From positions 14,115 to 78,114 of the forward strand of contig JALWQW010000030.1 of NCBI GenBank assembly GCA_026982895.1: a DNA stretch of 64,000 nucleotides, read 5' to 3'. The notes under the pieces are model-generated. The model was not told the origin of the DNA. It ran no database searches and saw only the letters and a program-made list of their open reading frames with translations. Source of the stretch: Candidatus Micrarchaeota archaeon. GTDB taxonomy: Archaea; Micrarchaeota; Micrarchaeia; Anstonellales; J096. Positions 1-9,879 of the stretch are shown piece after piece (within the stretch, counting starts at the first letter, position 1; each line of letters starts with the position of its first letter). The position numbers and the translations under genes were made by a program.

Positions 1-63
1 AGAAGTGCTAAAGAAAATGAAAAAAGGGGAGAAATTCATAGCAAAGCTAAAGCTTGGAAATAA

Positions 64-1077
64 TTACTCTATAGAAAAATGAAGCGTCGCCGCTATTCCC
101 CCAACGCCTTTTAACATCTCGCCCCATTCATGACTACTGCTTATTATATGGACTTTAGCTTTTCCTTCAATGGAGCGAAGGAATGAGCGGATGTCTTCTC
201 GCGTAAGGAGCTTATCCAAGACTAGGACATCTTTGAGAGCGTTGAGCCCTGCCGCCCTTTTCACATCGTCTATGCCATAGATTGCTTGCTTATCATCTTT
301 GTATATATGCTTCAAAACATCATCTACAAGACGAGCTTCTCTATCGATGCGCGCCTCGCCGATGGCCTTATCTATTAAGCCTTTATCAAAAAGCTCCTTG
401 ATAGATGAGAGTTCTGCATAACCAACATCGAAGGTTTTGACGGCAAAGCCCTTCTCCTTCAAGAATGTCGCAAGGTGCTCCTTCTCAAAGCCAGGGCCTG
501 CCACGAGGATATAAGCATCTTTATTGAGGGATTCAGCGAGCTTTGTGTAGGCCTTTTTCTTCTCAAAAGCCAGCTCCTTATCAGAAAGCCTTTTAGAAGA
601 TGGCAGTTCTTCCTCGTATTTGACATCGTAACCAAAAGGTCCTATATCCACGACTATGAAATGCTTCTCATCTGATAAAATTAGAATGGCGAGCTTCTGC
701 CTGCTCTTTTTCAGTGATTCTCGGAGAAGGTCTAGCTCATACTCCTGCCACTCTTTCTCGATGTCGATTTTTTGCCCAGGAGTTAAATCTAAGCTGTGAT
801 ACCTGCCGACCTGAACAAAATCCTCGGGCTTTCCCTCTAAGATTTTTCCGGTTAGGCGGAGGCCAAGGGGTTTCTCGCGGAATTCCTTCTTCTCAACCTC
901 AATCTTTATGAAGACGGGTTTCCTCTCCTCTTTGTCACCGATTTTAACTGCTCTATAAGTCCTGCCAGCGACTCTGTCGCCGACATTTATGATTTTATGG
1001 AGGTACCAAAGGTCCTCGCTGCCCTCTATAAGCACAGCAGCCAATCCTTTCTTTTTATCCTCTGTTAGGAGTTTCAC
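64..1077 (-). CDS. pelA: mRNA surveillance protein pelota (Dom34)
   Basis: EDLWYL...GDRV, LRLTGKI, GRYHSL, VAGPGFEK and C-terminal GGIAATL motifs of pelota; GTG start. Confidence 0.95.
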   Translation of the reverse strand: MKLLTEDKKKGLAAVLIEGSEDLWYLHKIINVGDRVAGRTYRAVKIGDKEERKPVFIKIEVEKKEFREKPLGLRLTGKILEGKPEDFVQVGRYHSLDLTPGQKIDIEKEWQEYELDLLRESLKKSRQKLAILILSDEKHFIVVDIGPFGYDVKYEEELPSSKRLSDKELAFEKKKAYTKLAESLNKDAYILVAGPGFEKEHLATFLKEKGFAVKTFDVGYAELSSIKELFDKGLIDKAIGEARIDREARLVDDVLKHIYKDDKQAIYGIDDVKRAAGLNALKDVLVLDKLLTREDIRSFLRSIEGKAKVHIISSSHEWGEMLKGVGGIAATLHFSIE

Positions 1078-1099
1078 GGGGCTATGGGAGAAAAAGGGT

Positions 1100-1852
1100 T
1101 TATAAATGAGGTTTAGGTTTCAGCCACGGCGGGTTCACAAAAAGAACTAAGCCTATTTTCTGTATTCTGTGAGGGTCCAAGCCCCACCTCTTGAAGAAAT
1201 AGGCGTCGATATACTTGCGTATGCGGGATATGGCCTCATAGTGCTCTATCGGAAGAACGCGAGCTAAATATTCTTTGTAGCTGTGCTTCTTAGCTTTATA
1301 AGCATCGTATAAGACTTTCACAAAGCCCTGTGTAGGGATAATGTCTTTGTACTTATTGAAGAGGGCTTTTGTCTCCTTGTCCGACTGAAGGCTTTTTACT
1401 TCAGGAGCGGTTAAATCGATGGGCTCGACATCTGTGAGGAGAGTATATAACGACTGATAAAACGCTTTTTTATCGGCGGCCTTAGATGCGAAATGTTCAT
1501 CCAAATACTTCTTCAACAAGTAAAGGCCGTAAAGGTAAGGGTAGAGTTCTTTGAGGAGGAGGGGGGCAACATTTCTAGGTTCGCCGCCCTGCTCATCCTC
1601 TACAAACTTTATAATCCTATAAATATAGAGGCGAACCTTATCAACATCGATGGATTCTATAATTTTCCTCATATTGGTGAAGCGTTTATCCAAAGCCTCG
1701 TAGACCTTCAAGCGCTTCAAGAAACCTATGTATGTGTATTTGTCCATCTTCTCATCATCTAACAGCAGGAATAAGGCATCATCAAAGCCGCTAGACACCG
1801 AAAGATATTTGGCTATAGTTGTAAGTTCATCTTTTTTCGCCTCATTATTCAA
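1100..1852 (-). CDS. hypothetical protein (250 aa)
   Basis: Long ORF, TTG start preceded by GGTGA; no recognised motif. Confidence 0.7.
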   Translation of the reverse strand: MNNEAKKDELTTIAKYLSVSSGFDDALFLLLDDEKMDKYTYIGFLKRLKVYEALDKRFTNMRKIIESIDVDKVRLYIYRIIKFVEDEQGGEPRNVAPLLLKELYPYLYGLYLLKKYLDEHFASKAADKKAFYQSLYTLLTDVEPIDLTAPEVKSLQSDKETKALFNKYKDIIPTQGFVKVLYDAYKAKKHSYKEYLARVLPIEHYEAISRIRKYIDAYFFKRWGLDPHRIQKIGLVLFVNPPWLKPKPHL

Positions 1853-1861
1853 TCACATCAC

Positions 1862-4621
1862 CTACCCGCGCTCTTGTAATCTCCTTCCTTGCTCTGCTTC
1901 ATGTTCCTGATTAGCTGTAGCAGGAAGCCTTTCAGGAGGTTTGGGTTCAACAGGCAATTCTTCTCCATCCTGCGTTACTTCAGAACCTGTTAATTTAGCA
2001 CCTGCTTGATCAAGCGTATTATTCACGCGACCAAGAGTCTCTGCAACAATGGTGTGGGCAACTTCACCTTGCTCTGCTTCATTCATGGGCAAGCCGGTGG
2101 TAGATATTTTGAATGTGTCCTGAGATTCATTGACATTCAGCACAACGTTGTGTTCAGTCGCTACTTTATCAAGCGTTTGTATGAAGAGATTTTTAATTTT
2201 GCCAGCAGTCCTCTCACCTAGCATTTTAGGTAAATTGTCTAGAGAAATTGCCATAGGTTTATTATTGTATTTGAACGTCAGAGAAAATTTATATGAATTG
2301 ACTCTAGAAGGCGAAGAAAAAGCCGCTGTTTGAGTTGGCTGCGAATAGGAAGTATAATTATCAGAAGAATCAGTTGGAAGTATAAGAGCATGTAAATGTT
2401 GCGATCGAAAGGATGTGGGCACATTTGCAGTTTTAAGAGAGGCGTCAATTTTTTTCTTCATATCTCTTATAGGTTTATTATGAGTATAATAAAGATTGGA
2501 CATAGCTACATTATACGAAGAAGAATAATTCATAATCTTCTTAACGCTACTATTCAGGACTTGTGGAGAGGTATAAGTAATTTGTGCATTAGAAGAAGCC
2601 GTATTTAAATGGTGGGTGAGGTCTGCTTGAACCTTATCCGACGAAACACCAGAAGAATCTATAAATATGGCCATATTAGTGTGTCTATTATCTTGATATG
2701 TGTAAATTTTAATGTGGCCTTTATACTTTCTTTCAATGCGGGCCGCTGCTTGGATAACTGATTCTTCACCAAGAGAAGTTTGAGCAAGGATCACTCTGCC
2801 ATTTTTGAAAAAATCTTCGCCGACAGTTGATTTCAACCGTGAATTTATAGCACCTTTTGAAAAGAGATTTTTAACAGGATCTAGGCTTTTATTCAGTTTC
2901 TCATTAAGTTCAGTAAGAGGCATTTTCCCAAATTCTTCAAGAGATAAATCTACACTCTTTTTAGGGTTGTTTAAGCCAATCACTTTGACGCGCATCTCAG
3001 CCTCCTGCTCATAGACCACAAAAATATGATTTTTAGTTTTTCCAACTTCATGCACAACTTTGCCAGAACCCTCTCCAAATTCTCTCTCTAAATCTTCTTT
3101 AAAGACTTCCTTAAAACCAGCAGGCTTCTCTACTTTACTAAATAACTTTTCTGACCAATTCAACATCCTCTTCGTTACACGAATAACTGCATAGGTTTCA
3201 CCAGAAGTTTTAAGTTTATCTTCTAAGTTTCTTTTAAACCATTCAAGATGCTGCTCGACTTTTTCTAATGATACCATACCTGTTTCAAGCCGCTTTTTTA
3301 GATATTTCTTCGCATTCAATGATTTTTTAGTTTTAACGACAGTCTCGGCAAACTTTCCACCACCTATCTTAACCCCTCTTACAAATCCCCCTAATGCGAT
3401 ATTTACTACAGCAAGCTCCGCGGCCGCTTTGAAGATTTCTTTACCAGATATCTCAGCTTTTTTCTCCAAAACAGTCTTAATATGCTCGTTCTTTTCAGTC
3501 AAATTTTCATAAATCTCATCACTAATCATATGTTTTTTGTGGAGATTATCAAGCATTTTCTGTGTCTTTTCAGGGTTATAAGCATGAAGAAGATTTTGTA
3601 TAGAAGATTTCTCGCTTAATTGATGGAATACACCAGTGCTAGTTCCAGCGACGGCACCTACCAACCCCTCTTCTACCAAAAAGCTAAGAAGTTTCCCTCC
3701 CTTTGTTTTTAGGAAAGCTTCACCCACCAACTTCCCCACCACTTTCTCAGTACCGCTCGCTAACAACTTTTCAAAACCACCTACAGGTAAAATAGTCATC
3801 CATATATCCAAATTGTACATTACATTGCCCACACTAATATCATGTTTACCGACAATATGTGTTGCCTGTGATAGATTCGCAACCATGGAAAGTTTGGTAG
3901 AGGTATACTTCTCAAATAAATTCCCTAATTGATTCAATGTTTTTTCATCCATTTTCCCATCATTTACAGCTTTGAGAAGCTTTTGCATTCTTCTCCTATA
4001 AATTTTAAGATATGTCAAATTTTGTTTCGCGTTGTTGAGGTAAGTAGTGGCTTTATAAAAATCTGTATCTTCTGCTTTCTTACCTTTGATTGAATTATAT
4101 AACGCAGGAACGACGTTGGTGAACATAGTCATTATAACCTGAGGCGTCTTTTTTATGCCACCCTCGAGAACACCTTGCCATTGAAGATATTTTTCAGTTA
4201 CTTGTGCTAAATAATTTTCTAAATCATTAGTACTTAATCGTTGCAATTGTTTCCTCCTCTCATTAAGAGAGGATAATGCTGTTAAGGATTTCATAACATT
4301 GACTTCCCTATGTTCTTTGCCTTTATTAGACCTAACTAAGCGCAAAAATATTCTATTGTTCTTATCTTTTTCTATGTAAAAATCATAACCAATATTATTT
4401 CTTCCAGTAGCATCTAAATAATTTGAGATAAGATTATTTGCTGCAAGAACATCATTATAAATCTGTTGAGGTGTTTTGCCTTTCAATTTTTCAGAATCTA
4501 AAGAGAGAGTGTACATTGCACGATTATCATCAGAGAATATTGGTTGAGAGGGTATATTAATGCCACGCTTTCTAAGTGTTTCTCTTACAAAATTCCAATC
4601 CGAAGCAGAGGGCCTGTTCAT
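1862..4621 (-). CDS. large hypothetical protein (919 aa) with central Gly-rich hydrophobic helices
   Basis: Uninterrupted ORF, TATA-like element ~25 bp upstream, AT-richer than neighbours. Confidence 0.8.
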   Translation of the reverse strand: MNRPSASDWNFVRETLRKRGINIPSQPIFSDDNRAMYTLSLDSEKLKGKTPQQIYNDVLAANNLISNYLDATGRNNIGYDFYIEKDKNNRIFLRLVRSNKGKEHREVNVMKSLTALSSLNERRKQLQRLSTNDLENYLAQVTEKYLQWQGVLEGGIKKTPQVIMTMFTNVVPALYNSIKGKKAEDTDFYKATTYLNNAKQNLTYLKIYRRRMQKLLKAVNDGKMDEKTLNQLGNLFEKYTSTKLSMVANLSQATHIVGKHDISVGNVMYNLDIWMTILPVGGFEKLLASGTEKVVGKLVGEAFLKTKGGKLLSFLVEEGLVGAVAGTSTGVFHQLSEKSSIQNLLHAYNPEKTQKMLDNLHKKHMISDEIYENLTEKNEHIKTVLEKKAEISGKEIFKAAAELAVVNIALGGFVRGVKIGGGKFAETVVKTKKSLNAKKYLKKRLETGMVSLEKVEQHLEWFKRNLEDKLKTSGETYAVIRVTKRMLNWSEKLFSKVEKPAGFKEVFKEDLEREFGEGSGKVVHEVGKTKNHIFVVYEQEAEMRVKVIGLNNPKKSVDLSLEEFGKMPLTELNEKLNKSLDPVKNLFSKGAINSRLKSTVGEDFFKNGRVILAQTSLGEESVIQAAARIERKYKGHIKIYTYQDNRHTNMAIFIDSSGVSSDKVQADLTHHLNTASSNAQITYTSPQVLNSSVKKIMNYSSSYNVAMSNLYYTHNKPIRDMKKKIDASLKTANVPTSFRSQHLHALILPTDSSDNYTSYSQPTQTAAFSSPSRVNSYKFSLTFKYNNKPMAISLDNLPKMLGERTAGKIKNLFIQTLDKVATEHNVVLNVNESQDTFKISTTGLPMNEAEQGEVAHTIVAETLGRVNNTLDQAGAKLTGSEVTQDGEELPVEPKPPERLPATANQEHEAEQGRRLQERG

Positions 4622-4669
4622 AAAAAAGGTTGAGAGGCGAATATTTAAAAATGGACATTGGATTAAAGT

Positions 4670-5413
4670 TTATAACAAACTTGACAAAAAGAGTTTATCA
4701 TCATCACTATACTTTAAATTTTCTCCAACTTCCAAAACAGCAGAGGTATAAAGGTAAAAGTGCCTACGAGGTTTTTTATGCTCATTGATGATTTTATAAG
4801 CAATAGGTGCTACTGCTAGAAGTTCTGCTTCTCTAACCTTACAATCGGGAGAGGAAATCGCGCATAGTTTGGTGACATCCTGCACGTTAGAAAACAAAGC
4901 CTTCAAAAGCCTATCATCGTTGATATCATCCAAATTTACTTTCCGCTCCCGAACATTACGAAAATAGTGAAAGAGAGCCGTCGCGACTGTGCCAAAGGCA
5001 AGAGCATGAATATAAGTATCACCATAAGCTTGATCAAGAGCCTTCTGAACATCTGGAAGAAGCATTATACTAACACCATATACAGTTATAGATACCATAA
5101 GAAAAATTCTATTCCAAAGAATTTCTTTCTTCTGGCGGAGTGCATCGACAAATGGATATGTATTTTCATTTAGTGCAGCCATAGGCTTGAAGTAACAGGG
5201 CACATCACTAAAGCGTTTTTCCCAGCCTTTTACTTGTCTCGTTAGAAGGGGCTTATAAAATTGCTCAACGACGGAGTCTTTATTCAGCTTAGAAAGATGA
5301 GGCAATTTGGAGAATTTATCCTTAAAAGCCTCAAAAGCCTTTCCATAATATTCATAATCTACTCGCTTCTCTGCCTTTGTCCTGAATGTAACAAAGAAAA
5401 ATCGGGTTGCCAT
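4670..5413 (-). CDS. hypothetical membrane protein (2 predicted TM segments)
   Basis: Hydrophobic stretches IFLMVSITVYGVSIMLL and IHALAFGTVATALFHYF; upstream TATA element. Confidence 0.7.
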   Translation of the reverse strand: MATRFFFVTFRTKAEKRVDYEYYGKAFEAFKDKFSKLPHLSKLNKDSVVEQFYKPLLTRQVKGWEKRFSDVPCYFKPMAALNENTYPFVDALRQKKEILWNRIFLMVSITVYGVSIMLLPDVQKALDQAYGDTYIHALAFGTVATALFHYFRNVRERKVNLDDINDDRLLKALFSNVQDVTKLCAISSPDCKVREAELLAVAPIAYKIINEHKKPRRHFYLYTSAVLEVGENLKYSDDDKLFLSSLL

Positions 5414-5502
5414 AGCTAATTACTGTGGGAAAAAGTTTATAAATATAGGCAGGCAATCGGGAAAGGCAACGGCTTTAAAAAAATATGGCCTCCTTCACTG
5501 CC

Positions 5503-6474
5503 ATGTCAGAATTTTTACCGTGGATTGAAAAGTACAGGCCAAGAAAATTGGATGATGTTATTGGACAGGAAACCGTCGTAAAGGCAATGAAGGCCTTCGT
5601 GAAGAGAGGAGATATGCCTCATCTCCTATTCAGCGGGCCGCCGGGCGTAGGTAAAACGACGATAGCACTCGCTTTAGCCCACGAGCTTTACGGCGACGAC
5701 ATAGGTGGAAATTTTCTAGAAATGAATGCCAGCGACGAGAGGAAGTTAGAGTATATCAGAGGAAAGGTTAAAGACTTCGCCAGAGCCATGATAAACAACA
5801 AAGTGGGCTTTAAGATTATTTTCCTCGACGAAGCCGACGCTCTAACCCAAGATGCCCAGCACGCTCTCCGCCGCACGATGGAGGTGTTCTCCGAAGAGAC
5901 GCGATTCATACTCGGTTGCAACTATTCAAGCAAAATCATAGAGCCAATACAAAGCAGAACTGCTGTCTTCAAATTCAGCCCGCTAACAAGGGAGGATGTT
6001 GAAAAGCTCGTTAAGCGTGTAGCTCATGGAGAAGAACTACATGTGGATAAGGAAGCTCTCGACGCAATTTACTATGTGAGCATGGGTGATATGCGAAAGG
6101 CCATAAACATCCTTCAAGGAGCAGCATTTATAAACAAAAAAATAACAAAGGAGCTCATCTTCAAGTTGGCAAGTCAAGCTTCGCCAGAAACAATTAAAGA
6201 GATAGCGGAGGAAGCGTATAAGGGGCATTTCGTAAAGGCCAGAAAACTCATAGACGAGCTTAGAATAAATATGGGATTAAGCGGAGAGGATGTGCTCATA
6301 CAACTCTACCGCCACGTTCTTGACATGGACATAAGTGAAGAAGAGAAAGCGTTCCTTATCGATAAAATAGCAGAATACAATTATCGGCTCGTCGAGGGGG
6401 CTAACGAAAAAATACAAATTGATGCCCTCTTAGCGCAATTCAGCATTGCAAAAGAGCATAAGCACAGGCATTAA
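5503..6474 (+). CDS. rfcS: replication factor C small subunit
   Basis: PWIEKYRP, Walker A GPPGVGKT, LEMNASDER, DEAD, IQSR; ATG 5503 chosen because TTTAAAAA lies ~25 bp upstream. Confidence 0.97.
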   Translation: MSEFLPWIEKYRPRKLDDVIGQETVVKAMKAFVKRGDMPHLLFSGPPGVGKTTIALALAHELYGDDIGGNFLEMNASDERKLEYIRGKVKDFARAMINNKVGFKIIFLDEADALTQDAQHALRRTMEVFSEETRFILGCNYSSKIIEPIQSRTAVFKFSPLTREDVEKLVKRVAHGEELHVDKEALDAIYYVSMGDMRKAINILQGAAFINKKITKELIFKLASQASPETIKEIAEEAYKGHFVKARKLIDELRINMGLSGEDVLIQLYRHVLDMDISEEEKAFLIDKIAEYNYRLVEGANEKIQIDALLAQFSIAKEHKHRH

Positions 6475-6508
6475 ACAGTATTTTCAAGTGGCAGAGTCAT
6501 ATAAATAA

Positions 6509-6910
6509 TTATAATGAGAACTCCATCTTCAAACCATCTCTAACATAGCACAAGTCATGGATGCAATTTAAACCAAGCCTCTTGCATTCTTCCAAGGCCT
6601 TCGGACTCTCGCTGCCCGGCTGCATCCACACATTTTTTATGCCGAGCTCAGCAATTTTTGGTAGAGTTGCCTCTGTTACTTGCGGCGGCACAATAGTTAT
6701 AACTAAATCCGGCTTTTCGGGAAGAGCCTGGAGAGATGAATAAATTTTATGCCCTTCAATCTCATCTGTATTTGGATTTACGCCATAAACTTTATAATCT
6801 TCCTTCAAGAGCTGCATGAAAACTTTATAGCCATATTTTTCTTTATGCCTGCTCGCCCCTATCACAGCTATGACATTATCTTTTCGCATTAAGGTGGAAA
6901 TCTCGACCAT
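6509..6910 (-). CDS. CoA-binding protein (YccU family)
   Basis: IAVIGAS...KYGYKV, VNP, VWMQPG motifs; start 6910 or 6889. Confidence 0.9.
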   Translation of the reverse strand: MVEISTLMRKDNVIAVIGASRHKEKYGYKVFMQLLKEDYKVYGVNPNTDEIEGHKIYSSLQALPEKPDLVITIVPPQVTEATLPKIAELGIKNVWMQPGSESPKALEECKRLGLNCIHDLCYVRDGLKMEFSL

Positions 6911-6942
6911 GGAGTTAAAAGGAAAGAAAGGTTTAAAAATAC

Positions 6943-7611
6943 TCAAGAGTTTTTCTTCTCAGTGTTATCTGAGCTTTGCAAAAACACTTCAGAGGATTTT
7001 ATGAGTTTAACCAATTCCTCCTTAGACTGTATGGCCTTTATGAGCTTATTTATATGCTCAATAAACATGGCTAAGGAAGCACCCTCCAATTGAACCAAAC
7101 GATCTTTCAAAAGTTTGGCCTCGAGCATCTTAGAAATGTCTTCATATTCTCTTGAGACTGCTTCAGATGACTTTCCTTCAACCTCTTTGCCAAAGGGCTT
7201 AGGTTTATTCTGAAGAGATAATGTAAAACCATATACCTCATTAAGGGTGGTGTTAACAAACGAAAGATACTCTTTATCGCCCAACATGCTACGGATCTGC
7301 CTGAGGTTCTGCGCGACTTTCACTATTTCATCGACAGTTTTGTGGGCCTGCTTTTTCTCATGTGGAGAAAGATTCGAATCATCAATTTTTTTCCTAATCT
7401 TCCTTTCGGCTTTTTCTTGAGATTTTTTGTCACCGACTAAAAATATGCCCATATATCTAAAACTTTCTAGTGGAGCAAGAGATAATTTCCTCTGGAGATC
7501 AGACATATGACCCACAAGCAAGAATATGTTTTTTCGCCCTCTCTTAAAGAGTTCTACCTTCGAAGGCTTAGGCTTCTGCCTCGAAAAAATCTCATTGTCA
7601 TTCAATGCCAT
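6943..7611 (-). CDS. hypothetical protein
   Basis: Charged helical ORF; start moved to ATG 7611 to avoid overlap with secG. Confidence 0.65.
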   Translation of the reverse strand: MALNDNEIFSRQKPKPSKVELFKRGRKNIFLLVGHMSDLQRKLSLAPLESFRYMGIFLVGDKKSQEKAERKIRKKIDDSNLSPHEKKQAHKTVDEIVKVAQNLRQIRSMLGDKEYLSFVNTTLNEVYGFTLSLQNKPKPFGKEVEGKSSEAVSREYEDISKMLEAKLLKDRLVQLEGASLAMFIEHINKLIKAIQSKEELVKLIKSSEVFLQSSDNTEKKNS

Positions 7612-7640
7612 ATAGAAACTAGAAGAGAAAAAATTAAAAA

Positions 7641-7808
7641 TCAGCCTATAATCCAATGTAAAATCTTAATCGCAGCCACAAGAACAACTGCAAAAATCAG
7701 CAGTTTATCTGGAGCTACTACAAACATGCTTTCATTTTCAGATGTAAATGCGCCTCCCATAATACCTGCAGCAGCAGAGGGCATCATAACGCGCTTTTTT
7801 AGTCCCAT
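7641..7808 (-). CDS. secG: preprotein translocase subunit Sec61beta (55 aa; absent from ORF track)
   Basis: Manual translation MGLKKRVMMPSAAAGIMGGAFTSENESMFVVAPDKLLIFAVVLVAAIKILHWIIG: PxxxAG(I/L)M motif, Pro before a single C-terminal TM helix; upstream TATA. Confidence 0.85.
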   Translation of the reverse strand: MGLKKRVMMPSAAAGIMGGAFTSENESMFVVAPDKLLIFAVVLVAAIKILHWIIG

Positions 7809-7933
7809 GGCCGCTTATTCCTGCAAAATGTTTAAAAAAAGATTTGATGGCGTTTGAGATAGAAAGTAGGGGCTAAAAGTATATTTGGTGTTTTAGGCGA
7901 AGGTTTTTAAACACTCCTTACCACTAATATATT

Positions 7934-9844
7934 ATGGCAAGGTATAAAACGCTCCTGCAAGCTGAGAAACAGCTTAAGGAGAAGCTGGAAAAATATGGCT
8001 TTGAAGAGAGGAATATTCCGCTCATAAAAAAGCGCATGAAGCAGCTAAAATGGAATCCTGGCGTAGAGATTGATACGCTCAAGGTATTTAAGAGGAAAGA
8101 TGGCAGTAACTATTTCGTATTCGTGGGTGTAAAGAAGGGATTTCTCGGCATAGGGAATAAACTCGTAGTCACTTATTACAATCCACACTCACCAATATCC
8201 AGTTCTTATTACCCTAGACAAAAGGTTGTCAGAGTTAGAAAGATTAGTAACAAATTAAGCCAAAATATAGACAGCGCCATCAGAGAAATTGCATTCTTCG
8301 CCGCTCATAAACCGAAGGATGTGCTCTTTTTCTCTCCACACAACCACGCCGGCGAAATAACATTTGAAAGAAAAGACAGCAGTGTATATACAAAGAGGCT
8401 CATAGACTTCGAGCCCGAAAATAAATGGGAATTGCAGGTTATGGGTATGAATAGGCCTGTTGACGACGGCATGAGCCACCCATTAGGAATAATACTCTCA
8501 GGAGCTTTCTTTGGATTGGATACCTATGCATATACCCCACACAACTCATTCCCCTTGGGCGTCTATAAAGAGATGAAGAGCTATGCTGACGAGCTCGGCA
8601 TGGAGGTAGTTCCAGGCACTGAATTCACTATGCCATTATATGAATACAATGTCGTAGATATGAAGTTCCTAGCCAATGAAATGAATGAAAGACTTGAGAA
8701 AAAGGGCATAAAGAAGCGCATAACTGTCCCATACAAAGGAGGAAAATTCTTTTACACAAAGAACAGTCCAATGGATAGAATGCTCAAAGCCTATGAGAAG
8801 CTCACTGGCGAAAAATACGACGGCCAACTGCCTTTAAAGGAGGTAAATGGACCTCATACAATAGTGTTATATAAAGACGCTGCTATAGGTAAAGAAGTCG
8901 AAGACACAATATTGGCCAAGAAAAGCACAGCCCGATTCCCGCCGCTGGCAGCTGACGATGTCTTCTACAAAAATACTATAGCAGAGCTTAGGAAAAAATA
9001 TGGCGACAAAGTTCTGATAATAGCAGCCCATCCGTTCATAAGCCTATCTTTGCCACAAGCAACAGGTGTTGCCAGCTTGATAAAAGACGGCGATTTCAGC
9101 TTGAATGAATTAAAGGACATGCTACGCCCGCAAGAAGCGTTCGGCGGCGTACCTTATTTAGACGGCATCGTCGCCTTCAACGCATCCTTAACAGAAGGAG
9201 AGGCAAAGTTCAAGCCAAGGGATGTTTATGTGAGCTTAAAGGAGAAAATAAAAGGTGGCTGTAACGGCCTGGACGATTTCTGCAAATTCAGGGAGAAAAA
9301 CAGCAAAGAATTCGAAATGTATATGAACAAAGCCACAAAAAGAAAATTCAACAAGCAGACACATTATATAAATGCCATGAATATGGCATTGGCAAGTCAA
9401 ATTGCAAGAGACCTCTCAAAAGAAGGCATATATGTACCCAAAGCAGCTGGAAGCGATACGCATTGGTACTTTAAGAAGATATTTAAGGTAACAAAACCTG
9501 CAATGAATCACTTAGGCAGAGCATACACACTTGTAAAGGCTGAGAAGAATGATGTGGGCAGCATATTCGACGCAATGCGCGCTCATTACAGAGGAGAGAG
9601 AAATGCCATAGATTACTGGGCTTATGCTCACATAAACGACGAAGGGAAAATGGTCATCGATCCAAACAGAAAAGCAACTAAGAAGGAAAGCCAAGAATAC
9701 ACCTCTCGCTACATAGAAAATTATGTCCTGCACGGCTTCTTAAGCGGTCCTTTAGGCAAGGATGTGTTTAAGAGAGCATTCAGCAAAGTAAAGCACAGCC
9801 TTGGCAAGGTTTATTACATCTATAAAAAATACCTTAAAGGCTAA
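7934..9844 (+). CDS. PHP-domain metallophosphoesterase-like protein (636 aa)
   Basis: PHP metal-ligand motifs in order: HNH, TPHN, GTEF, GPH, AAHPF, AFN, GSDTH. Confidence 0.8.
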   Translation: MARYKTLLQAEKQLKEKLEKYGFEERNIPLIKKRMKQLKWNPGVEIDTLKVFKRKDGSNYFVFVGVKKGFLGIGNKLVVTYYNPHSPISSSYYPRQKVVRVRKISNKLSQNIDSAIREIAFFAAHKPKDVLFFSPHNHAGEITFERKDSSVYTKRLIDFEPENKWELQVMGMNRPVDDGMSHPLGIILSGAFFGLDTYAYTPHNSFPLGVYKEMKSYADELGMEVVPGTEFTMPLYEYNVVDMKFLANEMNERLEKKGIKKRITVPYKGGKFFYTKNSPMDRMLKAYEKLTGEKYDGQLPLKEVNGPHTIVLYKDAAIGKEVEDTILAKKSTARFPPLAADDVFYKNTIAELRKKYGDKVLIIAAHPFISLSLPQATGVASLIKDGDFSLNELKDMLRPQEAFGGVPYLDGIVAFNASLTEGEAKFKPRDVYVSLKEKIKGGCNGLDDFCKFREKNSKEFEMYMNKATKRKFNKQTHYINAMNMALASQIARDLSKEGIYVPKAAGSDTHWYFKKIFKVTKPAMNHLGRAYTLVKAEKNDVGSIFDAMRAHYRGERNAIDYWAYAHINDEGKMVIDPNRKATKKESQEYTSRYIENYVLHGFLSGPLGKDVFKRAFSKVKHSLGKVYYIYKKYLKG

Positions 9845-9879
9845 TAGTATGGCAGATAAACTGGGAAGGGTTGTGTAGA

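Noticed and set aside
1..82. Possible 3' end of a plus-strand gene entering the window
   Set aside because: Only ~26 codons are visible; too little to call
7507..7857. 116-aa plus-strand ORF
   Set aside because: Antisense to secG and the 6943 gene
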